Source: an uncultured Dehalococcoidales bacterium (GTDB taxonomy: Bacteria; Chloroflexota; Dehalococcoidia; Dehalococcoidales; JAUYDJ01). From it: 57,761 nt of DNA. Below are positions 34,869 through 44,545 of the stretch, one piece after another (position 1 is the first letter of the stretch; the number at the start of each line of letters is the position of its first letter). The translations under genes were made by a program, and so were the position numbers. The stretch is from positions 1 through 57,761 of the forward strand of contig CAZMTT010000001.1 of assembly GCA_964569555.1 (NCBI GenBank), read 5' to 3'. The notes below the pieces were generated by a model. That model was given only the letters and a program-made list of their open reading frames with translations. It was not told the origin of the DNA and searched no databases.

Positions 34869-36095
34869 TCAAATCTCGGCTGGTGATTGATGGCCACGAC
34901 TACCCCATAGCCATATAGCGTAGCTTAGGGCAATTACCAGGAGCGCGGCACTAATTATGGTAAAGCTGGTGAAGAAGCCGAACTTGGTGATGAGGTAGCC
35001 GTTTAGCGGTATTATCAGCCCGGAACCGATTAGCCCAGCCGAAAAGTAGATGCCAAATATTGAGGAGCGATACCGCTCTGAAGTCTGGGAGATAATATAG
35101 GCTTGGGCTGCCGGCTCAATGGTATAAACCATCATACCGATAAAGAGTAGCCCAACCCCAAAGCCTAAACCGAAGGGTATCACATTCAGCAGGTAGATGG
35201 CTGGTCCAGCCATAAAAAGGGCGGTTAGTATTACCCGCCTTCTACCTACATGGTCGGAGAGGTACCCACCTAGCGGACCTGCCCAGATACCAGCTGAATA
35301 AAACACGGCGATAATGGCGGCTGCCGTCTCCTTCTCCGCCGCGAAGTGGTCGACTAGATAGAGTGGAATGTATGGTATTACGGAGAGAATTATGGCTATG
35401 GTAGAGGTGATTAGCAGGATAAAGGGGGCTAGATGGTGCCAGTCTAGTCGGGGTAGTATCTGGCTGGGGTGGCTGTTGCTCACCGCCTCGGCATTACCGG
35501 TGCCGAGGCGCTTGCCGAGTATGAGATAGAAGGCGATGCCGAATAAAATGGTGGGGATAGCTAGTGTGATGAAGGGGGCACGCCAGCCCCAGCTGGCGGC
35601 GATGGTGGCGGCGATAAGTGGGGCGAGGAAGTAGCTGGCACTACCGCCAATCATGTGAAGTCCTAGTGCCCTTCCCCGGTTCTTTGGTTTAATGAAGGCT
35701 GAGATTAATGACGGGGAGGTGGGGTGGTAGCCCCCACCCAGTATCCCCATAATGATGATGAAGATAATTATCATGAAGTAGGTGGTGGAAAGACCGAGCA
35801 AAAGTCCGCAGAAAGCGACACCGCAGATACCTATGGCAATTATCAGGCGTGCCCCGATGCGATCGGCAAGCCACCCTGCCGGTAGATGACTAATACCGTA
35901 GGTAATATTGAATGCGGAAAGGATGAGTCCAGCTTGGGTATAATCAAGGGCAAATTCTTCACGGATGAAGGGTAAAAGGGGTATTGGCAAGGCATTCATC
36001 AGGTGGTGCCCGAAGTGTGCCAGTATAAAGAGAGGCAAAAGCCCGGAAAACGATAAGCCCAGCTTGGGTCTTGTTGAGAGTAATTTCTTTTTCAA
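34869..36095 (-). CDS. MFS transporter
   Basis: 408 aa with ~12 TM helices and the MFS loop motif GWLADRIGAR. Confidence 0.85.
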   Translation of the reverse strand: MKKKLLSTRPKLGLSFSGLLPLFILAHFGHHLMNALPIPLLPFIREEFALDYTQAGLILSAFNITYGISHLPAGWLADRIGARLIIAIGICGVAFCGLLLGLSTTYFMIIIFIIIMGILGGGYHPTSPSLISAFIKPKNRGRALGLHMIGGSASYFLAPLIAATIAASWGWRAPFITLAIPTILFGIAFYLILGKRLGTGNAEAVSNSHPSQILPRLDWHHLAPFILLITSTIAIILSVIPYIPLYLVDHFAAEKETAAAIIAVFYSAGIWAGPLGGYLSDHVGRRRVILTALFMAGPAIYLLNVIPFGLGFGVGLLFIGMMVYTIEPAAQAYIISQTSERYRSSIFGIYFSAGLIGSGLIIPLNGYLITKFGFFTSFTIISAALLVIALSYAIWLWGSRGHQSPAEI

Positions 36096-36134
36096 TGTTG
36101 TCTATTCACTGCAAAATGGAGTTAACTGTCTGCA

Positions 36135-37106
36135 TTACAGATGTAGTTCAATAATGTCCCCGTCCTGGAGGATGTGGTCTCTTTTTACCATCACCCCGTC
36201 GTGTTTTCCCGAACCCCAGACCCGGGCATACTTTAGCTGGGCGCGGAAGTCCTTGTGCACCCCTTCGGCAGCATCAGCCGTGGTGCTGCCTCTGTCCAGG
36301 ATTATCGGGTCGTTGAAGTCGGCTTTTTGCCCCGGCATCTTGGTGTAGACGCGAATAATATCCAGCCGGCGGAAGATTGCCTGTTTCAGCTCTTCCAGGC
36401 CAGTCCCTTCCCGGGCGGAGATGGCGATAACCGGTAGCTGCTTACCGTATTGATTCTCCAGGGCGGTGTGATTTTGCCGGGCATTGGTCAAATCCAGCTT
36501 GTTGCCCGCGATGAGCGCCTTCGGCTGGCTGATGATACCCTCAACTTCGGTCTCCCCGCCGAGGCCGATTCTCATCTGGTTGAGCTGCTTGGTGATGGCG
36601 GCCATTTGCGCCAGTGGCTCCTCACCCAGGTCGACGATAATAAGCAGGGCATCCGCCCGGCGCAGCATATGGGGCAGCCAGAACTCGATTGTCTGCGGCG
36701 CCAGGGGCGGGGTGTCAATCAGCTGTATCTTGATGTTCTCAAATTCCATCATCGCCGGGGTGGCGGTCTGGGTGGTGAAGGGGTAGTCAGCCACGGTAGG
36801 GGAGGCGTTGGTGAGACGGGACACCAGCTGGGACTTACCGCAGTTGGGCAGACCGATGATGGCTACCTGGGCGGCGCCCTCTTTCTCAATGAGCATTGAG
36901 GTGTGGCGGGTAGCCGTCTTTTTGTCCATGGTCTGGGTTAGCTTGGCAATCTTGGCCCTCAGCTCGGCGCGGAGGTGGTCGGTCCCCTTATGCTTGGGCA
37001 TAATGGCCAGCATTTCCTCCAGAGCGGCGATCTTTTCCGGGGCGGTCTTTGCCGCGCGGTAGGCCTTTTCGGCGTCAAAGTATTGCGGTGGCAAATTGGC
37101 CGGCAT
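36135..37106 (-). CDS. OBG-HflX superfamily GTPase of the DRG type with a C-terminal TGS domain
   Basis: The helical N-terminus ...PKHKGTDHLRAELRAKIAKL is DRG-like. G1 GLPNCGKSQL, G3 DTPP, G4 NKLD. TGS-like C-terminus (RVYTK...GDIIELH). Confidence 0.8.
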   Translation of the reverse strand: MPANLPPQYFDAEKAYRAAKTAPEKIAALEEMLAIMPKHKGTDHLRAELRAKIAKLTQTMDKKTATRHTSMLIEKEGAAQVAIIGLPNCGKSQLVSRLTNASPTVADYPFTTQTATPAMMEFENIKIQLIDTPPLAPQTIEFWLPHMLRRADALLIIVDLGEEPLAQMAAITKQLNQMRIGLGGETEVEGIISQPKALIAGNKLDLTNARQNHTALENQYGKQLPVIAISAREGTGLEELKQAIFRRLDIIRVYTKMPGQKADFNDPIILDRGSTTADAAEGVHKDFRAQLKYARVWGSGKHDGVMVKRDHILQDGDIIELHL

Positions 37107-37107
37107 T

Positions 37108-38955
37108 TTACAGAAATTCCTTTACTTTGCGGGCTAAGTCCCTGGTCATGCCTTTTGCCAGGGCCAGCTCTTCCAGGGGTGCCTCTTTGATGGACTGCAC
37201 CGAGCCGAACTGCTTTAAGAGGCTGCGCTTGCGCTTGGCGCCGATGCCGGGGATGATATCCAGTGCCGAGGTAAAGCTCTCTCGCTGGCGTATTTTCTGG
37301 TGGTAGCCAAGGGCGAAGCGGTGTGCCTCATCGCGCAGGCGCTGCAGTAGCTGAAGCCCGGCGGAGCTGCGGGGCAGGACAATAGACCTGGGCTTCCGGG
37401 GGACGAAAATCGCCTCGTTTTCCTTGGCTAAGCTGGCTACGGGCACCGAATCAGCCCCCGTTTCCTGCATGGCAAGGCGGGCGGCATTGAGCTGCCCCTT
37501 GCCGCCATCAATGAGCACCAGGTCGGGTATAATCGCCCAGGAATCAGCCGGCGAGTCCTCACTCTTGAGGCGTTTGAATCTTCGCTTGAGCACCTCCTGG
37601 AGCATGGCGTAGTCATCAACACCGGCTACTGTTTTAATTTTAAAGCGCCGGTAGTAGCTGGGGGCAGGCTTGCCCTGGTCAAAGACGACCATGCTCCCCA
37701 CCGCCGCCACCCCCTGTATATTGGAGATGTCGTAACCTTCCATACGGGAGGGGAGGCGGGGCAGGTTCAGCTCCCTCTGTATTTCAGCCAGGGCTGCCTC
37801 CAGTTCTTTGGGCGCCGCCAGCTTCTTAATCTTGAACTGTTCCAGAGCCTGGCGGGCATTCTCGGCGACGATATCCACCAGCTTCTTTTTGTTACCCCGC
37901 CGGGGGACCTGGATGTTGACACTGGCGCCTCTCTTACCCTGCAGCCAGTCTTTGAGCACCGCCATATCTTCCATCGGGTGCTGGAGCACTAGTAACGGCG
38001 GGATGTAGGCGCTGGAGCTGTAGAACTGCTTGACAAAGCTGGTCATAATCTGGGGCGGCTCTTCATAGCGGGTGCCCTGCAGGGCAAAGCTCTCCCGTCC
38101 AATCAGCTTGCCCCCCCGAATGAAGAAGACCTGGACACAGGCCTGGTCTCTATCCTGAGCGAAGGCAATCACATCCTGCTCGCCGCTTACCGTGGCGGCG
38201 ATTCTCTGCCCCTCGATGACCCGGTGTATTGCCTGAATCTGGTCTCTTAATATGGCCGCCTTTTCAAAGTCCAGTGCCTGCGCCGCCGCTTTCATCCGCT
38301 TCTCCAGATTGCGGACGACTATTTCCTGCTTGCCTTCCAGAAATAGAATCACCTGCTTGATTATCTCGGCGTATTCGGTCTTACTCACCGCGCCGATGCA
38401 GGGGCCGCGGCAGAGATTCAGGTCATACTCAAGGCAGGCGCGGGTGTCGTTGCCGGTGATTGGTTCGGAGCAGGAGCGGAAGGGGAAGATTCTCTTTAGC
38501 GCTTTGAGCGTCTGACGCACCGAACGGGCGCTGGCGAAGGGACCGAAGTAGCGCCCGCCATTCTCTTCCAGATGGCGGGTAAAATATATTCGGGGCCAGT
38601 CTTCATTGAGGGAAATTTTAAGATAGGGAAAGGTCTTGTCATCTTTCAGCCGGACGTTATAGCGGGGGTGGTGTCTCTTTATCAGGTTTAATTCCAGAAT
38701 AAGCGCTTCCTGTTCGTTGGCGGTGATAAAGAAATCAAGCTCCGCCACCCGGGCCACCATCTGCTGTATTTTGGGCGACAGCTTCTGCCCGGCAGTGAAG
38801 TATGACCTCACCCGGTGCTGGAGGTTAGCCGCCTTGCCGACATAGAGAATATTTCCCTCGGCGTCCCGCCAGAGATAGACGCCGGGGCTGTTCGGCAGCT
38901 GTCTTATTTGCTCGGTGATAAGACTTTGGCTCATCTCTGAGTTAAATTGTAGCAT
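37108..38955 (-). CDS. uvrC: excinuclease ABC subunit C
   Basis: GIY-YIG (PGVYLWRD...ILYVGKA), UVR domain, RNase H-like endonuclease domain, C-terminal (HhH)2 (IPGIGAKRKRSLLKQFGS). Confidence 0.95.
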   Translation of the reverse strand: MLQFNSEMSQSLITEQIRQLPNSPGVYLWRDAEGNILYVGKAANLQHRVRSYFTAGQKLSPKIQQMVARVAELDFFITANEQEALILELNLIKRHHPRYNVRLKDDKTFPYLKISLNEDWPRIYFTRHLEENGGRYFGPFASARSVRQTLKALKRIFPFRSCSEPITGNDTRACLEYDLNLCRGPCIGAVSKTEYAEIIKQVILFLEGKQEIVVRNLEKRMKAAAQALDFEKAAILRDQIQAIHRVIEGQRIAATVSGEQDVIAFAQDRDQACVQVFFIRGGKLIGRESFALQGTRYEEPPQIMTSFVKQFYSSSAYIPPLLVLQHPMEDMAVLKDWLQGKRGASVNIQVPRRGNKKKLVDIVAENARQALEQFKIKKLAAPKELEAALAEIQRELNLPRLPSRMEGYDISNIQGVAAVGSMVVFDQGKPAPSYYRRFKIKTVAGVDDYAMLQEVLKRRFKRLKSEDSPADSWAIIPDLVLIDGGKGQLNAARLAMQETGADSVPVASLAKENEAIFVPRKPRSIVLPRSSAGLQLLQRLRDEAHRFALGYHQKIRQRESFTSALDIIPGIGAKRKRSLLKQFGSVQSIKEAPLEELALAKGMTRDLARKVKEFL

Positions 38956-39024
38956 AGCCCCAAATAGGGGGCAAAGCTGAGCTAGTTGCGGAACCGCTAA
39001 TCGGGGAACTGGTATTCATATAAT

Positions 39025-39693
39025 TCACCTCGGTGAGCATATAAATAGTTTGGAGAATGAGAACAGCCTGATTATCGGGTTAGGGTGCCAGTAGCTAACT
39101 ATTTTCTCTTTGTCAATCGCAAACTGGTTGACGGTGAGCATGGCTCTGATTTTCTCAAGTGGCAGAACTACCTCGTAAGGCTGGGGGTAGTGCTCCTTGT
39201 GTGTGTTGTGGTTTAGTAGTCTTTTGATGATTGCTCTGGCTATGTAAAATGGGCTGCTCAGCCTGATAGCGATTGCCTTTATCTGGTTAAGCCCTGTCGT
39301 GGGTGTTTGCATAATTAGTCTGCCTTCCGGCTTTAGCGCTCTGCGCATTTCACTCACGGCTTTCTCTGCTTCAGGTATGTGCTCTAGAACATCAAGGCAG
39401 GTTATGCTGTCAAAAGCAGCCGTTTTGAAGGGCAGGTTGCAGGCATCCGCCTGGGCTAAGTCCCGGTTCTTTCGGGCGGCGATTTTAAGTGATTTGCGTC
39501 CAAAGTCAATGCCTATTGTTCTCTTCATCTGTGATACTAAGTATGTTCCGTCACCTCTCCCAGTGCCGATGTCTAAGTGTAAGCCATGAGGGGAAATATA
39601 GTGCAAAACTTTGAACATACGGCTTTTGCCACGTTCTTCTTCGACGCTCTCCCAGTCAAACTTGTCCCAGTCCTCAGGTATTACTTTGTTCAT
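39025..39693 (-). CDS. class I SAM-dependent methyltransferase
   Basis: HLDIGTGRGDG (motif I), FDSITCLDVLEHIP, LKPEGRLIM. Confidence 0.75.
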   Translation of the reverse strand: MNKVIPEDWDKFDWESVEEERGKSRMFKVLHYISPHGLHLDIGTGRGDGTYLVSQMKRTIGIDFGRKSLKIAARKNRDLAQADACNLPFKTAAFDSITCLDVLEHIPEAEKAVSEMRRALKPEGRLIMQTPTTGLNQIKAIAIRLSSPFYIARAIIKRLLNHNTHKEHYPQPYEVVLPLEKIRAMLTVNQFAIDKEKIVSYWHPNPIIRLFSFSKLFICSPR

Positions 39694-39883
39694 TTTGATT
39701 TACTTGACCCTTCGCCTGAACTTCATCTGTTTCCTAACCAAGCCTATCTGAAAGAGGGCTGATGGCGCGGGTATTGTTACCCACCCCAATTCTATCATTT
39801 TTATATCAGGGGTCAATTGTGAGTTTCGCAACAAGCTCAAGCTTTGCCTGAAGTAGGGTGGGATTTTGCCTTTTGCTTGACTT

Positions 39884-39917
39884 ATGTTAAAATAGTTATG
39901 TTAAGATATGTTAAGAT
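39884..39917 (+). repeat. three copies of the decamer ATGTTAA(A/G)AT upstream of xerD
   Basis: ATGTTAAAAT (39884-39893), ATGTTAAGAT (39898-39907), ATGTTAAGAT (39908-39917). They follow TTGACT at 39877-39882. Confidence 0.4.
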
Positions 39918-39936
39918 ATTACGGGGAGGAGGCGCA

Positions 39937-40845
39937 GTGAGAGAGGCTATTGAGCGTTTTATCAATTATCTTAAGGTAGAGAAGGGCTTTTCCGAAAACA
40001 CACTGGTTGCCTATCGCAACGACCTTTATCAACTGGCTGACTTTGTGGCCGCAGAGGCCAATAAGGGTGGTGCTATGCCGTCATGGGCCGGGTTTGGTCG
40101 GCAGGGGATGCTGAGCTACCTGCTTAATCTCAAGGAGAGGGGTTACGTGCCGACCACGCAGGCCCGCAAGGTGGCCGCCACCAAGCGCTTCTTCAGATTT
40201 ATGTCGGAAGAAGGTGACCTGAAAGAGAATCCGACGCAGAATGTCACTTCACCCAAAGTGGGCAAGTCGCTGCCCCGGCCTATCTCGGATAGCGAGGCCC
40301 GCCTCTTGCTGGAGCAGCCCACCAAGCTGTCCACCCCGGAAGCGAAGCGGGACAAGGCGATGCTGGAGCTGCTCTATGCCAGCGGGATGAGGGTGAGTGA
40401 ACTGGTCGCCCTGGACGTGAGAGATGTCGATACCGAGGGCGGTTATGTGCGCTGCTTCGGTAAGGGCGGTAAAGAAAGGCTTATCCCGGTTTACCCCCGG
40501 GCGGCGGCATCCGTTGCCGAATACAGCAAAGAAGCCCGCCCCAAGCTGGCGCGGGGCAAAGATGACTCAGCCCTTTTCCTCAATCCCCGTGGCGAGAGAT
40601 TGACCAGGCAGGGCTTCTGGCAGAAGATAAAAGAGTACGCCAAGGCAGCCAACCTGGATACCAATATCGGTCCGCACACGCTGCGGCACAGTTTTGCCAC
40701 CCATATGCTGAGTGGTGGGGCTGACCTGAGGTCGGTTCAGGAGTTCCTGGGGCATGCCAATATCTCAACGACGCAGGTATATACCCGTCTGACCAGCGAG
40801 CATGTCCGTCGCAGCTATGATAAGTCCCACCCCAGGGCGAAGTAA
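39937..40845 (+). CDS. xerD: site-specific tyrosine recombinase XerD
   Basis: ENTLVAYRNDL, ASGMRVSEL (Arg), HTLRHSFATH, LGHANISTTQVYT, C-terminal HPRA. The GTG at 39937 has a GGAGGAGG SD. The ORF-track start at 39844 adds a non-homologous leader. Confidence 0.85.
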   Translation: MREAIERFINYLKVEKGFSENTLVAYRNDLYQLADFVAAEANKGGAMPSWAGFGRQGMLSYLLNLKERGYVPTTQARKVAATKRFFRFMSEEGDLKENPTQNVTSPKVGKSLPRPISDSEARLLLEQPTKLSTPEAKRDKAMLELLYASGMRVSELVALDVRDVDTEGGYVRCFGKGGKERLIPVYPRAAASVAEYSKEARPKLARGKDDSALFLNPRGERLTRQGFWQKIKEYAKAANLDTNIGPHTLRHSFATHMLSGGADLRSVQEFLGHANISTTQVYTRLTSEHVRRSYDKSHPRAK

Positions 40846-40871
40846 GCTTAATTTGAGAGGGGAGTATTTGC

Positions 40872-41159
40872 ATGTCGGGTAAATCACGGCACGGTCGCGG
40901 CAAGCATTCATTACACGCTAAGAAAAAGAAAATGAAGCTGAGACAGCCGATGCTGGCCTCTCAGCCATCACCGGCCGCCATTCCGGCTGAAGCGCCGGTT
41001 TCTCCGCCGGAGGCGCCGGTTGCGGAAACAAAAAAATCAATTTCGCCACCGCCCATTATGGCCAAGTACCCCTATATCTTCACTGAGTTACGCCGCATCG
41101 GTATCCTGGGCGGGGTAATGCTGGTAATTCTTATCGTACTGGCCCTAATCCTTACCTAG
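40872..41159 (+). CDS. hypothetical small basic/Pro-rich protein with a C-terminal TM anchor
   Basis: 95 aa with a Lys/Arg-rich N-terminus, a Pro/Ala-rich middle and the C-terminal helix GILGGVMLVILIVLALIL. Confidence 0.45.
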   Translation: MSGKSRHGRGKHSLHAKKKKMKLRQPMLASQPSPAAIPAEAPVSPPEAPVAETKKSISPPPIMAKYPYIFTELRRIGILGGVMLVILIVLALILT

Positions 41160-41170
41160 TGTGAATAAAG

Positions 41171-41818
41171 GTGCTTAAAATGGATTTCACAGCGGCACGA
41201 GCCAGTTTGGTGGAGCACCTTGGCACCGAAATTAAAGACAAGCGAGTATTAGCGGTTATGTCGCGTATCCCCCGGGAGCTTTTTGTACCGCCGGAACTGC
41301 AGCACCTGGCCTATGAGGACGAGCCGCTGCCCATCGGACTGGACCAGACCATATCACAGCCGTTAATTATTGCCCTTATGACGGAAGCGCTGGAACTTAG
41401 CGGTGAGGAAAAGGTGCTGGAGATAGGGACGGGCAGTGGTTATCAGGCGGCTATCCTGGCGCAGTTAGCCCGCCAGGTGATTACCGTGGAGCGGCTACCG
41501 GCGCTGGCGGAATCGGCGCAGAAAGTATTGGCCAGTCTGGGCTATACCAATGTTAAGGTGCATCGGGCCAGGGAGACGCTGGGCTGGCCGGCGCAGGCGC
41601 CTTATCAGGCGATAATGGTCACTGCCGCCGCTCCCGAAGTACCGACTGACCTGCTGGCCCAGCTAGCCATCGGGGGGCGGATGGTGATTCCGGTAGGCTC
41701 GCGCTATGTTCAGGACTTATATAAAATCACCCGGGGTAAAAAGAAGAACAAAATTAAAAATATGGGCGGTTGCCGCTTTGTTGCCCTTATCGGTAAAGAT
41801 GCCTGGGGAGAAGACTAA
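41171..41818 (+). CDS. pcm: protein-L-isoaspartate O-methyltransferase
   Basis: RELFVP, QTISQPLIIALMTE, VLEIGTGSGYQAAILA, GGRMVIPVG. Confidence 0.9.
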   Translation: MLKMDFTAARASLVEHLGTEIKDKRVLAVMSRIPRELFVPPELQHLAYEDEPLPIGLDQTISQPLIIALMTEALELSGEEKVLEIGTGSGYQAAILAQLARQVITVERLPALAESAQKVLASLGYTNVKVHRARETLGWPAQAPYQAIMVTAAAPEVPTDLLAQLAIGGRMVIPVGSRYVQDLYKITRGKKKNKIKNMGGCRFVALIGKDAWGED

Positions 41819-41839
41819 ACGAAGGAGCTTTTAATTTAG

Positions 41840-42391
41840 ATGAGATATAGATGGTGGCTTCTAGGCGCCACTTTTCTTTTTGTTGTCGGTATCGTAATCG
41901 GCACGCTGCCTTTTACCGGTGTCATTGACTTAAGTGCCGAGGGTATCGCCGCCATCAAGCAGTTCGGTGGCATCCTGACTTCGCTGCCGGCTCCGGTTAT
42001 TGCTCTCGTTATCTTCATGAAGAATGTTTCCGCCCTGCTATTAAGCTTTGCCTTGAGCCCGATGCTATGTCTGGTGCCGGTGCTGGTTTTAACCATCAAC
42101 GGCTTGCTGCTCGGTTCCTTGTCCGCCATCGTGGCTCAGCAGGAGTCACTCGGTTTTGTCCTCACCGGGCTGCTTCCCCACGGCGTCTTTGAGCTGCCGG
42201 CACTGGTTATCGGTGAGGCGGCTGCCCTCAGCTTTGGCACCGCCGCCATACTGGCGGTTTTCCAGAGAAAAGAAAGGGAGCTCTTGCTGCCCAATCTGAA
42301 GCAAAATCTAAAATATTTGCTGCTCGCCATCGGTTTGCTCATACCGGCGGCTATTATTGAAACCTATGTCACCCCGCTTCTTTTAGGCTGA
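41840..42391 (+). CDS. SpoIIM-family (stage II sporulation protein M-like) membrane protein
   Basis: 183 aa with ~5 TM helices and PHGVFELPALVIGEAA, a motif typical of this family. Confidence 0.6.
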   Translation: MRYRWWLLGATFLFVVGIVIGTLPFTGVIDLSAEGIAAIKQFGGILTSLPAPVIALVIFMKNVSALLLSFALSPMLCLVPVLVLTINGLLLGSLSAIVAQQESLGFVLTGLLPHGVFELPALVIGEAAALSFGTAAILAVFQRKERELLLPNLKQNLKYLLLAIGLLIPAAIIETYVTPLLLG

Positions 42392-42475
42392 CCGGAGAGG
42401 CGCTAAATTTTACTTGTCCTGTGGGCAGGCTGGAACTATAATAGAGTGAATGATTTTTAGGAGACAGGCAATTAG

Positions 42476-44545
42476 ATGAAGCAGTATGGATTAGACAGTA
42501 TTCGCAATCTCTGTTTACTTTCCCATGCCGGCGCCGGCAAGAGCTCGCTCGCCGAGGCCATTTTATTTACCGCCAAGGCGATTAACCGGCTGGGTAAGGT
42601 TGATGATGGCGCCACTACCTCGGATTATGACCCGGATGAGGTAAAACGCCAGATTAGCCTTAACCTGACCATGCTGCCCGCTGAGTGGCAGGAGACCAAG
42701 ATTAACCTGATTGATACCCCCGGCTATGCCGACTTTGTCGGTGAGGTCAGGGCAGCCCTGCGGGTCAGCGAGGGGGCGGTAATCGCCATCTGTGCTGCCT
42801 CCGGCGTTGAGGTCGGCACGGAGCAGGTATGGGCTTACTGTCAGGAAGCTAGCCTGCCGCGGCTAATCTTTGTCAACAAGATGGACCGCGAGAATGCCGA
42901 TTTCTACCGAACGGTAGGCGAGATTCAGGCTAAGTTTGGCCCAAGGTGTGTGCCGCTCTATCTGCCGATTGGTGCCCAGAGCGATTTTCAGGGGATTGTT
43001 GACCTGCTTGCCATGAAGGCATATACCGGCTCACCAGCCAAGGAAGCCGAAATACCGGCCGCGATGCAGGACAAGGTCAGCTCTTTCCGGGAGAAGCTGG
43101 TTGAAGCCGCCGCTGAGGTTGATGATGCCCTGATTGAAAAGTATCTGGGCGGTGAAGAGCTCAGCCTTGAGGAGTTGAGCCGGGGCTTGCGGCAGGGAAC
43201 GGTAAGCGGCCAGGTTATCCCCATTCTGGCTGGCTCGGCGTTGCAGAACGTGGGCGTCGTCTCCCTGCTGGATGCAATAAAAAGCTATTTGCCCTCCCCC
43301 CAGGAGCGGGAGGTGGTTATAGTCAGCGATTCAACCGAGCAAAAAGTGACGCCAAGCGAGACCGCCCCGCTGGCGGCGCTGGTGTTCAAGACCAGTGCCG
43401 ACCCCTATGTCGGCAAGCTAACTTATTTGCGGGTCTATAACGGGGCGATTGATAGCAATTCCCAGGTTTGGAATGCCAACCGCAACGAAGTCGAGCGCAT
43501 CGGTCAGTTGCTGCTGGTGCGGGGTAAGACCCAGGAGCCGGTGTCCCAGCTCAAGGCGGGGGATATCGGCGCCGTAGCCAAGCTGGGCGTAACCGGCACC
43601 GGCGATACCCTGTCCACCCGGGATAAACCGCAGAAAATTGCCCCGGTTGTCTTCCCGGAGCCGATTTTCAGCCAGGCGGTACACCCCAAGACCAAGGCTG
43701 ATGTCGATAAGCTGGGCACGGCATTATCCCGGCTGGTTGAGGAAGATTTGACCCTTCGGGTGCGTAAAGACCCGGATACCGGGGAGACCATTCTTTCCGG
43801 TATTGGCGAGACTCAGCTTGAGGTGGCTGCCGAGCGGATGCTGCGTAAATTCGGTGTCAAGGTGGAGCTGGACACGCCCAGCGTTCCCTACAAAGAGACG
43901 ATTACCGCCTCGGCCAAGGCGGAGTATAAGCACAAGAAGCAGACCGGCGGGCACGGTCAGTACGGGCATGTCTGCCTGGCAGTGGAGCCGCTAGCTCGGA
44001 GTAGCGGTCACGAGTTCGTTGATAAAATAGTCGGTGGCGCTATTCCCAAAAACTATATCCCGGCGGTGGAGAAGGGGGTCAATGAGGCCATTCATGAGGG
44101 GGTGCTGGCTGGTTACCCCGTAGTTGACATAAAGATGACGGCCTATGACGGTAGCTTCCACGCGGTTGATTCCTCTGACATCTGCTTCAAGATTGCCGGG
44201 GCGGGGGCACTGAAGAGGGGGCTGGCTGAGGCGCACCCCATTATTCTGGAGCCGATAATGAATATCAAGGTGACCGTCCCCGATGAATTTACCGGCGATA
44301 TTATCGGTGACCTTAATACCAAGCGGGCCCATGTACTGGGGATGAACCCTCAGGGCGGAGTCAATGTTATTGAGGCGATGGTGCCTCAGGCTGAGATTAT
44401 GCGCTATGCCATTGACCTGAAGTCCTTGACCCAGGGACGGGCGAGCTATAAGGTCAGTTTCAGCCACTACGAGGAAGCACCGCCCAACGTTACCCAGAAG
44501 ATTATCGCCGAAAGGCAAGCCCAAAAGCAGGCTGAAAAGGCTTAA
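42476..44545 (+). CDS. elongation factor G paralogue (EF-G2-like)
   Basis: G1 SHAGAGKSSL, G3 DTPGYADF, G4 NKMD, and domains II-V through to the C-terminus. Not in an rpsL-rpsG-fusA context. Confidence 0.85.
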   Translation: MKQYGLDSIRNLCLLSHAGAGKSSLAEAILFTAKAINRLGKVDDGATTSDYDPDEVKRQISLNLTMLPAEWQETKINLIDTPGYADFVGEVRAALRVSEGAVIAICAASGVEVGTEQVWAYCQEASLPRLIFVNKMDRENADFYRTVGEIQAKFGPRCVPLYLPIGAQSDFQGIVDLLAMKAYTGSPAKEAEIPAAMQDKVSSFREKLVEAAAEVDDALIEKYLGGEELSLEELSRGLRQGTVSGQVIPILAGSALQNVGVVSLLDAIKSYLPSPQEREVVIVSDSTEQKVTPSETAPLAALVFKTSADPYVGKLTYLRVYNGAIDSNSQVWNANRNEVERIGQLLLVRGKTQEPVSQLKAGDIGAVAKLGVTGTGDTLSTRDKPQKIAPVVFPEPIFSQAVHPKTKADVDKLGTALSRLVEEDLTLRVRKDPDTGETILSGIGETQLEVAAERMLRKFGVKVELDTPSVPYKETITASAKAEYKHKKQTGGHGQYGHVCLAVEPLARSSGHEFVDKIVGGAIPKNYIPAVEKGVNEAIHEGVLAGYPVVDIKMTAYDGSFHAVDSSDICFKIAGAGALKRGLAEAHPIILEPIMNIKVTVPDEFTGDIIGDLNTKRAHVLGMNPQGGVNVIEAMVPQAEIMRYAIDLKSLTQGRASYKVSFSHYEEAPPNVTQKIIAERQAQKQAEKA

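Noticed and set aside
39844-39936. Upstream TTG-type start for xerD (the ORF track gives 333 aa)
   Set aside because: The extra 31 residues (MPEVGWDFAFCLTYVKIVML...) are not XerD-like and cover the AT-rich promoter/repeat region. The GTG at 39937 follows GGAGGAGG.
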